A stretch of DNA of 64,000 nucleotides from Candidatus Doudnabacteria bacterium (GTDB taxonomy: Bacteria > Patescibacteriota > Doudnabacteria > UBA920): positions 37,155-101,154 of the forward strand of contig JARLHZ010000010.1 of assembly GCA_031291995.1 (NCBI GenBank), given 5' to 3'. Shown here in pieces: positions 20,838 to 31,822 of the stretch. The stretch's first letter is position 1. Each line of letters opens with the position of its first letter. The notes under the pieces were generated by a model. The model ran no database searches, had not been told where the DNA came from, and saw only the letters and a list, made by a program, of their open reading frames with translations. Made by a program: the position numbers and the translations under genes.

Positions 20838-21608
20838 TTATTGGTTGTTCAGCAAATCCGGACGGCGTTTTTTTGTGCGCTTCATTGCCTCATCCATTCT
20901 CCATTTTTCTATATTCGCATGGTGCCCGGATAATAAAACTTTCGGCACCTTCAAAATTTTTCTTCGCTTTGTAGGGACGGGTCTAGACCCGCCCCTACCC
21001 AGGGCAGGAATCATCAAAATTTCCGGTTTTGTATACTGCGGAAATTCCAGGCTATTTTCGGAAAAAGATTCTTTATCTGCGGATTCATCCTTGCCCAAAA
21101 TCCCTGACCTCAATCTCATTACCGCTTCGCTGATAACCAACGCGGGCAATTCTCCGCCCATTAAAACATAATCCCCGATGGAGATTTCTTCGTCTACAAA
21201 ACTTCTCACCCGCTCATCAAAGCCCTCGTATCTACCGCAGACAAAAATTAACTCATTAAATTTTGCCAATCGCTGGGCCATTTTTTGGTCAAACTTTTGG
21301 CCCTGGGGTGTTAACAAAATTATACGTGCCTGTGTAGGGGCGGATATTATCCGCCCCCTATGATCAGAGACCGACTTTATCGCTTTATATAAAATATCCG
21401 CGCGTAACACCATACCCACACCGCCGCCATATGGCCGGTCGTCAACAACCTGCCTCTCACCCAAACCAAACGAACGTAAGTTTATCGGCTGAATTTGTAA
21501 AAGCCCTAACTTAATAGCTCTTTTTACAATTCCAAAAGACTCCACAAAATTTTCTATAAATGAGGGAAATAACGTAATAATTTTAATCGATAACTTTTTA
21601 GACCTCAT
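20838..21608 (-). CDS. trmD: tRNA (guanine-N1)-methyltransferase
   Basis: [36 protein letters not shown]. Contains two in-frame GTAG-REP insertions. Confidence 0.97.
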   Translation of the reverse strand: MRSKKLSIKIITLFPSFIENFVESFGIVKRAIKLGLLQIQPINLRSFGLGERQVVDDRPYGGGVGMVLRADILYKAIKSVSDHRGRIISAPTQARIILLTPQGQKFDQKMAQRLAKFNELIFVCGRYEGFDERVRSFVDEEISIGDYVLMGGELPALVISEAVMRLRSGILGKDESADKESFSENSLEFPQYTKPEILMIPALGRGGSRPVPTKRRKILKVPKVLLSGHHANIEKWRMDEAMKRTKKRRPDLLNNQ

Positions 21609-21763
21609 GCAATTATTTTAGTAACTTTCGTGCTCTTTAATATTTGGTAGAGACGTCAATATTATAGCATTAAAATAACCCCGGAACGCCGGCAGCCGCC
21701 GGAAATTTCGGGGTTATTAAATTTATAGATTCCGCGTTAGATCCGCGTGCGGATCCGCGTATC

Positions 21764-22129
21764 TTAGAGTTTGAACTCGTCAATAGACTCTTCGGAACTC
21801 TGGCTCATACCCATCGGGCTGCCCATTTGGCTGCCCTGATGACCCATACCACCGCTCATTTCGCGGCGAGGACCACGGTGAGAACCTTCCGGTTCATAGA
21901 TTTTCAAGTTCACACGGGCTTTATGCTTGGCGCCAACTACGCGCAATAAAGTGCGGATGGCTTTGGCCGTCTGGCCCATGCGGCCAATTACCTGGCCCAT
22001 ATCTTCGGGGTTGAGATGCAGAGTAATTAATACTCCCATTTCATCCACGACGCGTTCGGTCTTTACGTCTTCCGGATGGTCGACAAGAGACTTTACAACG
22101 TATTCAACAAAAGCTTGGTCTTGCTCCAT
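21764..22129 (-). CDS. khpA: KH-domain RNA-binding protein KhpA/YlqC
   Basis: LVDHPEDV, DMGQVIGRMGQTAKAIRTLL; position next to rpsP. Confidence 0.9.
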   Translation of the reverse strand: MEQDQAFVEYVVKSLVDHPEDVKTERVVDEMGVLITLHLNPEDMGQVIGRMGQTAKAIRTLLRVVGAKHKARVNLKIYEPEGSHRGPRREMSGGMGHQGSQMGSPMGMSQSSEESIDEFKL

Positions 22130-22285
22130 AATAGTGCAATTTCTGTGATAGCGTAATTCTGCTTCGACCTTTTCGTTAAATTAGCGCGAGCTATCTTGGG
22201 GATATTATAGGCGAAAGCGGGCTTAGCTGTCAATTATAAAATCCCCAGATGGGAATCTTCTGGGGATTTAGAATTGAATTCTGAA

Positions 22286-22681
22286 TTATTGGGCCGCGGC
22301 TTCCTCGGGCTTGGCTTGTTCGGCGGGGGCGGCGGGTGTTTCGGCGGAGGCTGGAGTCTCGGCGGAAACCGGCGCGGCTTCCGGTTTTGCGGCGGCTTCG
22401 GCCACTACCGGCTTTTTGGGAATGCTGAAAGCTTTGACTTTCGGACCCGAATGCAAGCCTTTAGTAACAAGCAGGTTGTTTAAAGTTTCGCTGAGGGCAA
22501 CGTGCTGGCCCAGCCAGTGCTTTAACCGGTCTTCTTTCACCTGAAAATATTTCTTGCGCGGATTATAGCTTCCCAAAACTTCCAAAAACTTTTTTTGCAC
22601 CGGCGCGGCTTTTTCCGTAAGCACGATTCTAAAATCGGCCTGGTTCTTTTTACCGGTACGCTGTAAACGAATAATGAGCAT
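22286..22681 (-). CDS. rpsP: 30S ribosomal protein S16
   Basis: MLIIRLQRTGKK...EVLGSYNP with an Ala/Pro/Glu tail. Confidence 0.95.
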   Translation of the reverse strand: MLIIRLQRTGKKNQADFRIVLTEKAAPVQKKFLEVLGSYNPRKKYFQVKEDRLKHWLGQHVALSETLNNLLVTKGLHSGPKVKAFSIPKKPVVAEAAAKPEAAPVSAETPASAETPAAPAEQAKPEEAAAQ

Positions 22682-22882
22682 AACTGATAATTTATAATTG
22701 ATAATAAATAACCGATATTGCCAGACATAAAAATCTATAAGCAGCAACTTTAGATTTGAATACCGGCGCTTGAGCGTGCTGATATCTTAACATTTAATGG
22801 AAGAAGCGTCAACCTCAGTATTTCGACATGTACTGATGACAAAACCAATTATCAGGAATAAACTTGGGTTAAGAAGGGCTTT

Positions 22883-23098
22883 ATGATTCACTGTGGCAAC
22901 AATCTCAAAGCCGTCAAAACGATCTACGAGAGGCGTAATGCCGACCAAGCCGGATACGTTAAACTTATTGCGCACGCCGCCACTTGCGCGAGTTGCGCAA
23001 GAAACCTGCAAACGCTAAAAGACGAGGAACTTCGTCAATGTTCAACACCCCAGCCTGTCAAACTCAGGTTTGATGGAAAGGAGAACCGCCGACGATGA
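22883..23098 (+). CDS. Small protein with HxxxCxxC motif (zf-HC2-like)
   Basis: HAATCASC; followed by a terminator hairpin at 23116-23150. Confidence 0.5.
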   Translation: MIHCGNNLKAVKTIYERRNADQAGYVKLIAHAATCASCARNLQTLKDEELRQCSTPQPVKLRFDGKENRRR

Positions 23099-23173
23099 TG
23101 TTGGCCACAACGCACGAAACCCGCACCAAGCCGAATGTTGTGCGGGTTTCTTATTCCTAATTCCTAATTCCTG

Positions 23174-25792
23174 CTATTTCGCGTACTGCTTAGCCTGATC
23201 CAATTTTACGGAAAGCAATTTACTTACGCCATCATCACCCATCGTAACACCATACAAAATGTTGGCCTGGGTCATGGTTTCGCGGTTGTGGGTAATGGTT
23301 AAAAATTGGGTCTGGTGAGCCAGGGTGCCTAAAATTTGGCCGAAGCGGATGGTGTTGGCGTCATCCAAAGCCGCGTCCACTTCGTCCAAAACCACGCAGG
23401 GGGACGGAAAGCAGGTTAGCAGGCTGCACAGCAGGGCAATGGAGGTCATAGCCCGTTCTCCGCCGGACAGCGCCTGAATGCTGGCCAGTTTCTTGCCCGG
23501 AGGCGTAGCCTTAATATCAATGCCGGAAATCGCGTTGCCGGTATGCTCGTATTTTTGCAAAACTTTTTCTTCAGGCCGCAAATCCTGCGGCTGGTTGTCG
23601 TCGGCTTCCGCTCCGGCTTCCACCGGCAATTCTTCGGGTGGCTCATTTTTTATAACGCTTAAATACCCGCGGCCACCGTTAAACAATACTCGGAAATAAA
23701 ATTCAAATTTTTCGCTAATCTTACGGAACGCCTCGTTAAAAGTATCCTTAATCCGCCCGTCCAAATCATCAATAACCTGGCGCAAATCCGTCATGCCTTT
23801 TTGCAAATCCGCCACCTGCGTGCTCAGATTCTGGTGCCGGGTTTCAGTTTCCTGATATTCTTTAAGTGTTAACTCATCCATTCCGCCGATGGTTTCCAGC
23901 TGATTTTTTAACCTGGCTATTTTGTTTTCCAAATCGTCAGTACTGGTTGCCACTTTGCTTTCCCCCAGCGTTTGCCACTCCGGCTGCCCCAAAGTTTTGA
24001 CTACCTCTTCAGCGAGAAGCTGCAGTTGAGTATCTATCTTGGCTTTTTCAATATTTATTATCGACTCTTTGTCTTTAATTTTGGACAGTTCATCCTGGGC
24101 AAGGCGGAACTGGCCTTCGGCGCCCCTCAAACCAGCCTGCCTTTTTTCCTGTTCGCTGTAATGCAGCTTTAGTTCAGTTTCAACTTTGGCCATTTCCTGG
24201 CCCAATTTGTCAACGTCAGCCTGGATTCTTTTTTCCTCCGACAGTAAATTCTGCCAAAATTCATCGGGAGAACTGCTCTGGACCTTTTTTAGTTCCAAAT
24301 CCAAATGCAACTTTTCCTGCTGCAGAGCGGCCAGTTCGCGCTGTAAAAAGTCGACGGCTATCTTGCCCTTGCTCATTTCCAACTGGGCATTATTGACTTC
24401 CTGGTTTAAAACTTCCTTTTGCTTAAGCAACTGATCCAATTCTTGTTTAACCGCTTCCAAACCCAGCCGCGGGTCAGCCACCGTCTGCTTGGCCGCCTTG
24501 CGGAATCTGGTAAAGCTTTCTTCCATGCTATTAGCCTGGTGTTTTATTTCCTCTAGGTTTACCGCCTGTACCAGCATCTGGCTAAATTTTTGCCAGGCTT
24601 CTTCCAGCACGCGCAATTCCAACTCCACAAGATTCCAGTCTATCTGGGCGGGATTACTCAGTTTTTTTGACAGTTCATCAAGTTTTTTATTGACCGTTTC
24701 CAGGCTTTTAAATTGATCGACAAATTTATTCTCCAGCTGCTTTTGCGTTTCCAGCGTATTTTGAATTTGGCCGGTAACTTCCTGAATTTTTCCATGTTTG
24801 TTGTGGACTTCCACCGTCAGGCTTTGGGCATCGCCGGCCACGGCTGTTTTTTGGCTTTGCATTTTCCCCCGTACCAGGCTCAAATCTTCAAGCAAGCGGT
24901 TTTTTTGCGCCTGGAGTTTGTGGAATTCTTCCTGAATTTTTGCAAACGTTCCGCCGCTTTGCTGCCCCGCCTGTTCCAATCCTTCGGCCTGCTGTCTTAA
25001 ATTTGCGGCCTTGGTTTCGCCCGCTTTTTTATGTTCTTCGATTTCCGACAGCTGTTGCAAAATTTTATCGGAAGTCTCTTTAAATTGCCAAAAACTGCGT
25101 CCGTAAAATTCCCGCCGGTAAATTTTTAATTCCTGTTCCAATTCGGCCCTGGCTTCCAACTTTTTCGCCTGGCGGCGCAAACTTTTTAATCTTGGTTCAA
25201 TTTCGGCGATTAAATCTTCCGCCCTCATTAAATTCTGGGCGGTCTGTTCCAAACGCCTTAAAGTTTTATCGCGCTTTATATAATAATTTTTAACCCCGCT
25301 TGCCTCGTCAACCAGATCTTTTACGCCCGGCGGCCCCTGCATAACCATTTGGTCTATAGTGCCCTGGCCGATTACCGTATAGCGGGATGTGCCGATGTTG
25401 CTTTTTAAAACCAAATCCACAATATCCAAAAGCCTGACTTTATTGCCGTTTATCAAATATTCGCTTTCTCCGCTTCGGTCGATTCGCCGCCCAATGCTGA
25501 CTTCCGAAGCATCCAGAGGTATCCGGTGATCGGAATTATCGAACGTGGCGACAACTTCGGCAAAACCCTGCCTCGTCTTTTTATCGCTGCCCGCAAAAAT
25601 CACGTCATCGCTTTTTTTGCCGCGGATAGCCTTGGCGCTCTGCTCGCCCAAAACCCAGCGCATAGCGTCGGCGACGTTGCTCTTGCCGCTGCCGTTGGGG
25701 CCGACAATCGCAATAATCCCCGCTGAAAATTCCAGCGCGGTTTTTTGGGCGAAACTTTTAAATCCGTGGATTTCGAGGCGTTTTAAATACAT
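23174..25792 (-). CDS. smc: SMC-family ATPase, short (872 aa)
   Basis: GFKSF, GPNGSGKSN, LSGGE, VVLDEVDAALD, ITHN; directly downstream of rnc. Confidence 0.93.
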   Translation of the reverse strand: MYLKRLEIHGFKSFAQKTALEFSAGIIAIVGPNGSGKSNVADAMRWVLGEQSAKAIRGKKSDDVIFAGSDKKTRQGFAEVVATFDNSDHRIPLDASEVSIGRRIDRSGESEYLINGNKVRLLDIVDLVLKSNIGTSRYTVIGQGTIDQMVMQGPPGVKDLVDEASGVKNYYIKRDKTLRRLEQTAQNLMRAEDLIAEIEPRLKSLRRQAKKLEARAELEQELKIYRREFYGRSFWQFKETSDKILQQLSEIEEHKKAGETKAANLRQQAEGLEQAGQQSGGTFAKIQEEFHKLQAQKNRLLEDLSLVRGKMQSQKTAVAGDAQSLTVEVHNKHGKIQEVTGQIQNTLETQKQLENKFVDQFKSLETVNKKLDELSKKLSNPAQIDWNLVELELRVLEEAWQKFSQMLVQAVNLEEIKHQANSMEESFTRFRKAAKQTVADPRLGLEAVKQELDQLLKQKEVLNQEVNNAQLEMSKGKIAVDFLQRELAALQQEKLHLDLELKKVQSSSPDEFWQNLLSEEKRIQADVDKLGQEMAKVETELKLHYSEQEKRQAGLRGAEGQFRLAQDELSKIKDKESIINIEKAKIDTQLQLLAEEVVKTLGQPEWQTLGESKVATSTDDLENKIARLKNQLETIGGMDELTLKEYQETETRHQNLSTQVADLQKGMTDLRQVIDDLDGRIKDTFNEAFRKISEKFEFYFRVLFNGGRGYLSVIKNEPPEELPVEAGAEADDNQPQDLRPEEKVLQKYEHTGNAISGIDIKATPPGKKLASIQALSGGERAMTSIALLCSLLTCFPSPCVVLDEVDAALDDANTIRFGQILGTLAHQTQFLTITHNRETMTQANILYGVTMGDDGVSKLLSVKLDQAKQYAK

Positions 25793-25932
25793 AAATAAAA
25801 TGCCAAATAGCAAATACCAAATTACAAATCAATTCCAAATGTAAAATTTAAAATCAGTTTGCGATAAATGTTGGAAATTTGATATTTGGACATTTGGATT
25901 TTGTTTGATATTTGAAATTTGATACTTGAAAT

Positions 25933-26625
25933 TTAATACTGATTTTTCTTAAGCGCGTCTTCGGCCGCCGACAGTTCCGCTTCCTGTTTGCTCGGACCGG
26001 TTCCCCGCCCGACCTCTGTTTGCCCGACGTAAGCGGCCACCACAAAAACTTTGTTATGGTCCGGACCCGTTTCGCTGACCACGCCGTAAGTCGGCGTCAC
26101 GCCGTTTTTTTCCTGAATGATTTCCTGTAATTTACTCTTCGGATCAACATAACTGCCGCCGGCAATAATACTTGGCAGTTCGACCAAAACTTCGTTGATA
26201 ATAAATTGTTCGGCCGCTTTATAACCGGCATCCAGGTAGACCGCGCCAATGACCGCTTCAATGCAGTTGGCCAAAATTACCTGCCTGGCCCGGCCGGTAT
26301 CCTTGGCCTCGCCGCGGGACATTTGTAAAAAATTTTCAAAGCCCAATTTCTTGGAAATATCCGAGAGCATTTTATAATTCACCAGGGCGCTGCGAAAATT
26401 GGTCAACTCACCCTCGGGATGGGGATAATTTTTATAGAGATATTCGGTCGCCGCCAGCTCCAAAACGGCGTCGCCCAAAAACTCCAGACGCTCGTTATGG
26501 GGCAAACTAAATTTACGGTTCTCATTCAAATAGGACCGGTGGGTAAATGCCGAGACATAAAGGTCAAGATTGTTGACTTTTACTCCCAAAATTTTTTCTA
26601 GCTCCTGTTTATCAAGTGACGACAT
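25933..26625 (-). CDS. rnc: Ribonuclease III
   Basis: HNERLEFLGDAVL signature and a dsRBD. Confidence 0.98.
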   Translation of the reverse strand: MSSLDKQELEKILGVKVNNLDLYVSAFTHRSYLNENRKFSLPHNERLEFLGDAVLELAATEYLYKNYPHPEGELTNFRSALVNYKMLSDISKKLGFENFLQMSRGEAKDTGRARQVILANCIEAVIGAVYLDAGYKAAEQFIINEVLVELPSIIAGGSYVDPKSKLQEIIQEKNGVTPTYGVVSETGPDHNKVFVVAAYVGQTEVGRGTGPSKQEAELSAAEDALKKNQY

Positions 26626-26727
26626 CGCGATAATGGCGCAAGAATCACGAATCAGGAATTAAGAATGCTTAATTCGTGGTTCTTGGTTCTTGGGAATTAA
26701 ATTATAATACTTTAAAAAAGTCTCTGT

Positions 26728-26859
26728 GCCCCTCGACTACACCACGCTGCGCGTGATTGCGCTCGGGACACTCGACTCGCTCTGCACTTCTTCGTTGGTT
26801 GAGGCCTCCCAAAGGCCGAAACCACGAGCGAGCTTCGGCGTTAGCCGAAGCGAGTCGAG
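26728..26859 (-). repeat. tRNA 3'-trailer palindromic element, homologous to 59770-59889
   Basis: Shared blocks CTCGACTCGCT, GCTCGCTCGTGGT, AGCGAxTCGAGTGTCCCGAGCG, AGTCGAGGGGCA. Confidence 0.8.
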
Positions 26860-26934
26860 TGGTGGGCGGCGAAGGAATCGGACCTTCGACCCTTTCTACG
26901 TCAAAGAAATGCTCTACCACTGAGCTAGCCGCCC
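26860..26934 (-). tRNA. tRNA-Val(GAC)
   Basis: Cloverleaf GGGCGGC...GCCGCCC-A-CCA, anticodon loop TT-GAC-GT. T-loop reads TCCGATT rather than TTCGA. Confidence 0.93.
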
Positions 26935-26945
26935 AAAAACGATAT

Positions 26946-27713
26946 TTAAATTTTATTGCCCGCCGGGGATACTATAAGCGCCGGCAATTCCTGCCTGACG
27001 GTTTCCGGATCTTTTTTTCTATTTATGGTATCTAAAAATAACAATACCACAAAACAATTCAAAATCGCCGAAAGATAAGCAATTAACACTACCACAGCTG
27101 CCAACAATAACCATATTGTAGCAGAATGTCCCGAAACTGAAAACTCCCTGATTAAATAAAGGTCTCCCAATACCCTGTGGACCAAAGCGTAAGATATGCC
27201 GTGCGCTACAATTAAGATGGCGGCCGCGGCTCCCGCAAACGATATTCTTTTATTCCAGGTGTCCATGGCCAGAGACAGGGCCGACGACAAATTTTGATCG
27301 CACAATGCAATATATAACAATGAAAGGCCTGCGGTGGAAGCCGTCACGGCAAAAACCAGCGTATGCAGCGGCCAAAAAGGGAAAATCCAGCGGGCTAAAA
27401 GCACTACAAAGACAGTCATTAAAATCAGGCCTATACCGGAAACGCTTTGGCTTTTAAAATTGTGCCGCGGCTTATCGGGATTGTTAATAAACTTATATGC
27501 CTCTATATCCTGCCACAACCGAATGGTTAATGGAGGCAGTACTGCCATAACCAGAACCAGCCACATTGCAGAAATATGGTTTAACGATTGCGGTCTGACC
27601 AGCTGGCCAACGGCGGAAAAAGCCCCTGCCTGTAAAATCGCCAAAATCCACCAGCGCGGAAACCGGCTGGTGGATAAAATAGACTCGAGTAAAATAGGTT
27701 TCAATTTCGGCAT
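26946..27713 (-). CDS. Hypothetical polytopic membrane protein
   Basis: 255 aa with about 6 TM segments. Confidence 0.6.
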   Translation of the reverse strand: MPKLKPILLESILSTSRFPRWWILAILQAGAFSAVGQLVRPQSLNHISAMWLVLVMAVLPPLTIRLWQDIEAYKFINNPDKPRHNFKSQSVSGIGLILMTVFVVLLARWIFPFWPLHTLVFAVTASTAGLSLLYIALCDQNLSSALSLAMDTWNKRISFAGAAAAILIVAHGISYALVHRVLGDLYLIREFSVSGHSATIWLLLAAVVVLIAYLSAILNCFVVLLFLDTINRKKDPETVRQELPALIVSPAGNKI

Positions 27714-27733
27714 ATCCGGATTTTAAACAGCCA

Positions 27734-29623
27734 CTAAACCGCGGCAACCGCGGGCGTTTCCACAATCGGCGGGAACTCCGGAGCCCGCTGTTTTTCCGCG
27801 GGAATAATATCTTTTACAATCGCGAAAAAATCTTCCTGTTCCAAAGTTTCGTCTTTTATCAGCCTCTGGGCAATAGTTTCAAGATAATTTCTGTGTTTAG
27901 TCAGAACCTCAATCGCCCGTTCCAGGCCTTGCTTCATGATTTTGGAGACTTCCTCATCTATGGTCTTGGCCACCGCTTCGCTGTAATTTCTTTGTTCCGA
28001 AATTTCCCGTCCCAAAAATACCATTTCATGCTGGTCACCCAAAACAATCGGCCCGATTTCTTCACTCATGCCATAATTCATTACCAACTTTCTCGCCACT
28101 CCGGTCGCCACTTTCAGGTCGTTGGATGCTCCGGTCGTCAGCTCTTTAAATACAAGCTTTTCGGCCGCGTAACCGCCCAACAAAGCGGCAATTTCGTCCA
28201 AGAAACTCTGCTTGGTGTGCAAATGTTTATCTTCAAAAGGAAGTTTCATGGTATAACCCGCCGCGCGGCCGCGGGAAATTATGGAAACTTTGTGCACCGG
28301 ATCCGAATACACCAGAACACTGCCGATTAACGCATGGCCGCCCTCGTGATAAGCCGTAATTTCCTTTTCTTTGGTCGATAAAATATGGCTCTTTCTTTCC
28401 GGACCGAGCATAACTTTTTCTATCGATTCCTTTAGCTCGTCATTGCCGATTTCCCGCTTATTGAGACGCGCGGTAAGGATGGCCGATTCATTGATTAAAT
28501 TAGCCAAGTCCGCGCCGGAAAAACCGGGAGTGCGTTCGGCAATTTTCCGCAAGTCCACGCCTTTGGCCATGGGCTTGTTTTTGGAATGAACCTTTAAAAT
28601 AGCTTCGCGGTCGTTAATATCGGGCAAATCCAAAATTACCTGGCGGTCAAATCGTCCGGGACGGAGCAGTGCGGGATCTAAAACGTCGGGCCGGTTAGTG
28701 GCGGCCATGACAATCACGTTGGTGTCGGTTTCAAAGCCATCCATTTCCACCAAAATTTGGTTTAAAGTTTGTTCCCGTTCGTCATGCCCGCCTCCCAGGC
28801 CGGCGCCGCGCTGGCGTCCGACGGCGTCTATTTCATCAATAAAAATAATGCACGGGGCATTTTTTTTGGCTTTTTTAAATAAATCGCGTACGCGCGCCGC
28901 GCCAACACCCACGAACATTTCCACGAATTCCGAACCGGAAATATGGAAAAAGGGTACGTTAGCTTCGCCGGCCACAGCTCTGGCCAGCAGGGTTTTGCCG
29001 ACACCCGGGCTGCCGAGCAACAAGACGCCCTTGGGAATTTTCGCCCCCAGGGACAAAAACTTTTGGGGGAACCGCAAAAATTCGACAATCTCCTTTAGCT
29101 CTTCCTTGGCCTCTTTGGCGCCGGCGACATCGGCAAACTTTACGCGATTCTTTCGTTCGTCGTTCAGCTTTACCGAACTCTGGCCAAAACTTAAAGCGCG
29201 ATTATTGCTGCCCTGCACCTGTCGCATAAGGAAATAAACGAACAAACTGACTAAAGCCAGCGGCAATAAAATGGAAAGTATCGGGCTGGCCAGGTTGGAC
29301 CAGATACTGCCGGTATCGTATTCGATTCTTACTTTATCCGGGGTCAGCTTGGACGGATCAACGCCGGTATTTTTAAAAAATGCCACCACGTCCGTACCTG
29401 AAACAATTTTGGCCTGCTCTTGGGTTTCGCTATCTTTAACTTTGACCGTCACCAAACTGTCGGAAATCGTCATGGTGTCAACTTTCCCCTGGTTAAGCAG
29501 GGTGCTGACCTCCGACATGGATACCGAATTGACTTTTGGATTTTGGTTAAATGCCGAAAAAATCGCGGTAATAAACAAAAACCCGACTAATATTAATATG
29601 ATATTCTTAATAATTTTTCCCAT
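27734..29623 (-). CDS. ftsH: ATP-dependent zinc metalloprotease FtsH
   Basis: Two TM segments, [26 protein letters not shown]. Confidence 0.99.
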   Translation of the reverse strand: MGKIIKNIILILVGFLFITAIFSAFNQNPKVNSVSMSEVSTLLNQGKVDTMTISDSLVTVKVKDSETQEQAKIVSGTDVVAFFKNTGVDPSKLTPDKVRIEYDTGSIWSNLASPILSILLPLALVSLFVYFLMRQVQGSNNRALSFGQSSVKLNDERKNRVKFADVAGAKEAKEELKEIVEFLRFPQKFLSLGAKIPKGVLLLGSPGVGKTLLARAVAGEANVPFFHISGSEFVEMFVGVGAARVRDLFKKAKKNAPCIIFIDEIDAVGRQRGAGLGGGHDEREQTLNQILVEMDGFETDTNVIVMAATNRPDVLDPALLRPGRFDRQVILDLPDINDREAILKVHSKNKPMAKGVDLRKIAERTPGFSGADLANLINESAILTARLNKREIGNDELKESIEKVMLGPERKSHILSTKEKEITAYHEGGHALIGSVLVYSDPVHKVSIISRGRAAGYTMKLPFEDKHLHTKQSFLDEIAALLGGYAAEKLVFKELTTGASNDLKVATGVARKLVMNYGMSEEIGPIVLGDQHEMVFLGREISEQRNYSEAVAKTIDEEVSKIMKQGLERAIEVLTKHRNYLETIAQRLIKDETLEQEDFFAIVKDIIPAEKQRAPEFPPIVETPAVAAV

Positions 29624-29968
29624 ACTAGCTCCTGTTTAAAAGAATTAAGGTTATTAGATTATACAAATTATTTCGAATTTAATCAATGGCTTAATGGATG
29701 CCCCGCTTTGCTTCCATAAACCGCGCGGCCGATTAAATATCGAGCGTGGAATATTCGCGTTTGCGTTGCGGAGAATGTAAACATAATAGAACTTTCGGGC
29801 ATAAAATTAACTATACCCTAATTGAGCTCTTATTTTTAATTTTGAAAATTAAATTTTGCCCTGTACCAACTCGCTACGACCTAAAAGTCGGCTCGGGTGC
29901 AGGGAATGTACCAGTCGGCTAACTGGGTTCATGGCTGCGCCATGTACCGGAGCAAAGCGACTGGTACA

Positions 29969-30055
29969 TGGTGGGGACGGTGGGAGTTGAACCCACAAGC
30001 CCTTGCGGGCACAAGGTCCTAAGCCTTGCGCGTATGCCAATTCCGCCACGTCCCC
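29969..30055 (-). tRNA. tRNA-Leu(TAG)
   Basis: GGGGACG...CGTCCCC-A-CCA, long variable arm, loop CT-TAG-GA. Confidence 0.95.
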
Positions 30056-30164
30056 AATGAACGATAATAACTCATTAAATCGCTTTAATTGGCAAATCTA
30101 TTTTAGCAGTTTAAGGCTTATGTTGGCAAAACAAAATGCCTCCACCCTAATTGGACAACGGCAA

Positions 30165-30366
30165 AATAAAGGTTCCCCGCCGCAAGCAGCGGGGTATTAC
30201 TGCAAGGAACAGCTGCATCTTCGCGGCAAGCCGCGAGGTATTGAACCTTTCTTTCCGCCAAAGGCGGATCCGCCTCCGGCGGAAGCTCCCTGCCTGGCGG
30301 CAGGCAGGCCTCGGCTCGCTTGTCCTTTGAAAGACAAAGGACAGACTCGCCTACGTCGCGAATAAA
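30165..30366. mobile_element. Non-autonomous palindromic element (MITE-like) flanked by AATAAA, with smaller palindromes nested inside
   Basis: Colinear with 59610-59755. Confidence 0.7.
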
Positions 30367-30374
30367 AACTACAA

Positions 30375-31268
30375 TTATTGCCCTTTGGTAATAACGCTGC
30401 TGATTACGGTAATTATAGCGTACGATAATAGCACGACAATGACGCCGATAATGGAATTAACAATGGCTTTTTTGCCTTTTTCCGACTGCTCCTCGTTGCC
30501 CGCGGAAGTAATATACCAAAAGCCGCCGACAATAAGCATTAGCACGGCAATAACTCCGGCCAGCGCCAACAGCAAAGTAATTATCTTAGTCAATAAATCT
30601 GTCAGGCTATTGCTGGCGCAAATTCCCCCGTTGCAAGCCGAACTGTTCGGCGGCAGGCATAAACCGTTAACCGAAACTAAACCAGCCGCGCAGTTACCTT
30701 GTGTCTGGCCAGTTCCGTTAGTACTTGCGCCGGTAAGCGAGATGCCCATTGCCGTTGCCGTATCAGAGCCGACGATTCCGTCATTGGTCAGGTTGTGTGA
30801 TTGCTGCCAAAGCTGAATTCCCTTGATTGTTTCTGAGTCGCAAGTTCCGCTGTAAGTGACATTGCTGTCAACACCCTGCACGATTCCCTGAATTTGCTTA
30901 ATAATATTTGGGTCGGTAGTGCCGCAAGACCCGCCGCCCTTCGGCGACCCAATAGCGTATTGAGAAGAATTGTTGTTAGCCGGCAATCCACATTTACCGC
31001 TGTTACATACCAGTCCGCTTTTGGAAGTACCGCAATCCGCGCTGGTGGAACAAGGCGTAGTATTCGTTACCGTCTCACAGGTGTTGCCGTTTGTTTTATC
31101 ACAAAATAAGCCGGTAGCGCAATCGGTATTAAAAGTGCATCCGTCCCCCAGCTGCGCGTCGGCAAAAACAAAAAAAGGGTAAGCTAAAAATACGCCAACA
31201 ATTAAGACGACTAATGCCGAAATATTTAAATACCTCAATGAAAACCCTTTTGCATGCGTCCCGTTCAT
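30375..31268 (-). CDS. VirB2/TrbC-like pilin with Cys-rich repeats and a peptidoglycan-binding domain
   Basis: C-terminal GGFWYITSAGNEEQSEKGKK..IIG motif; IKQIQ...QLWQQSHNLTNDGIVGSDT fits the PG_binding_1 pattern. Confidence 0.8.
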   Translation of the reverse strand: MNGTHAKGFSLRYLNISALVVLIVGVFLAYPFFVFADAQLGDGCTFNTDCATGLFCDKTNGNTCETVTNTTPCSTSADCGTSKSGLVCNSGKCGLPANNNSSQYAIGSPKGGGSCGTTDPNIIKQIQGIVQGVDSNVTYSGTCDSETIKGIQLWQQSHNLTNDGIVGSDTATAMGISLTGASTNGTGQTQGNCAAGLVSVNGLCLPPNSSACNGGICASNSLTDLLTKIITLLLALAGVIAVLMLIVGGFWYITSAGNEEQSEKGKKAIVNSIIGVIVVLLSYAIITVISSVITKGQ

Positions 31269-31311
31269 TTTGTGTCTATTTTAATTTTCCGGATTCGAAC
31301 AGAAGGAAAAA

Positions 31312-31731
31312 TTAATAACCCGAAGCCACGTAATTGGAAATTACGTTGATAATTACGAATGATAAAACAATTATGACTATGCCAATAATGGCGTTAACCA
31401 CGTTTTGTTTGCCCTTTTCCGCGGCTTCTTCGTTGCCGGCGGAAGTAATATATTGGTAACCGCCGACAATGACAAACACAATGGCGATAGCCCCGGCAAT
31501 ATACAGCAGCATGGTTATTACCAAATAAATTAAACCGTTCTGGCCGGTCAGATGCGTCGCGCCGCCAATACCCATACCTCCCGTGCCAGGAAATAAACCA
31601 CCAACGCCGTTCAGGCCGCTTCCAAACGCGTCACCGCCCGTGCTTTGGGCCGATACTAATCGCGGCATCGCCAAAATGCTTCCAAAAACAACCGCCGCCT
31701 GCCAATATTTGAGTTGTAAATATTTTTTCAT
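31312..31731 (-). CDS. VirB2/TrbC-like (CPR) pilin
   Basis: Signal peptide and GGYQYITSAGNEEAAEKGK motif. Confidence 0.85.
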   Translation of the reverse strand: MKKYLQLKYWQAAVVFGSILAMPRLVSAQSTGGDAFGSGLNGVGGLFPGTGGMGIGGATHLTGQNGLIYLVITMLLYIAGAIAIVFVIVGGYQYITSAGNEEAAEKGKQNVVNAIIGIVIIVLSFVIINVISNYVASGY

Positions 31732-31822
31732 TGTATTTTAAATTTTTTATCAAATCCGAAAACAAAAACAATTTGTTCTCGGATTTGATCCCAAACAATA
31801 CGCTTGGGACCAAAATTTCAAA

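Noticed and set aside
26702-30365. ORFs 26702-26920, 26757-27035, 29849-30049 and 30003-30365
   Set aside because: They overlap tRNA genes and palindromic repeats and are spurious.
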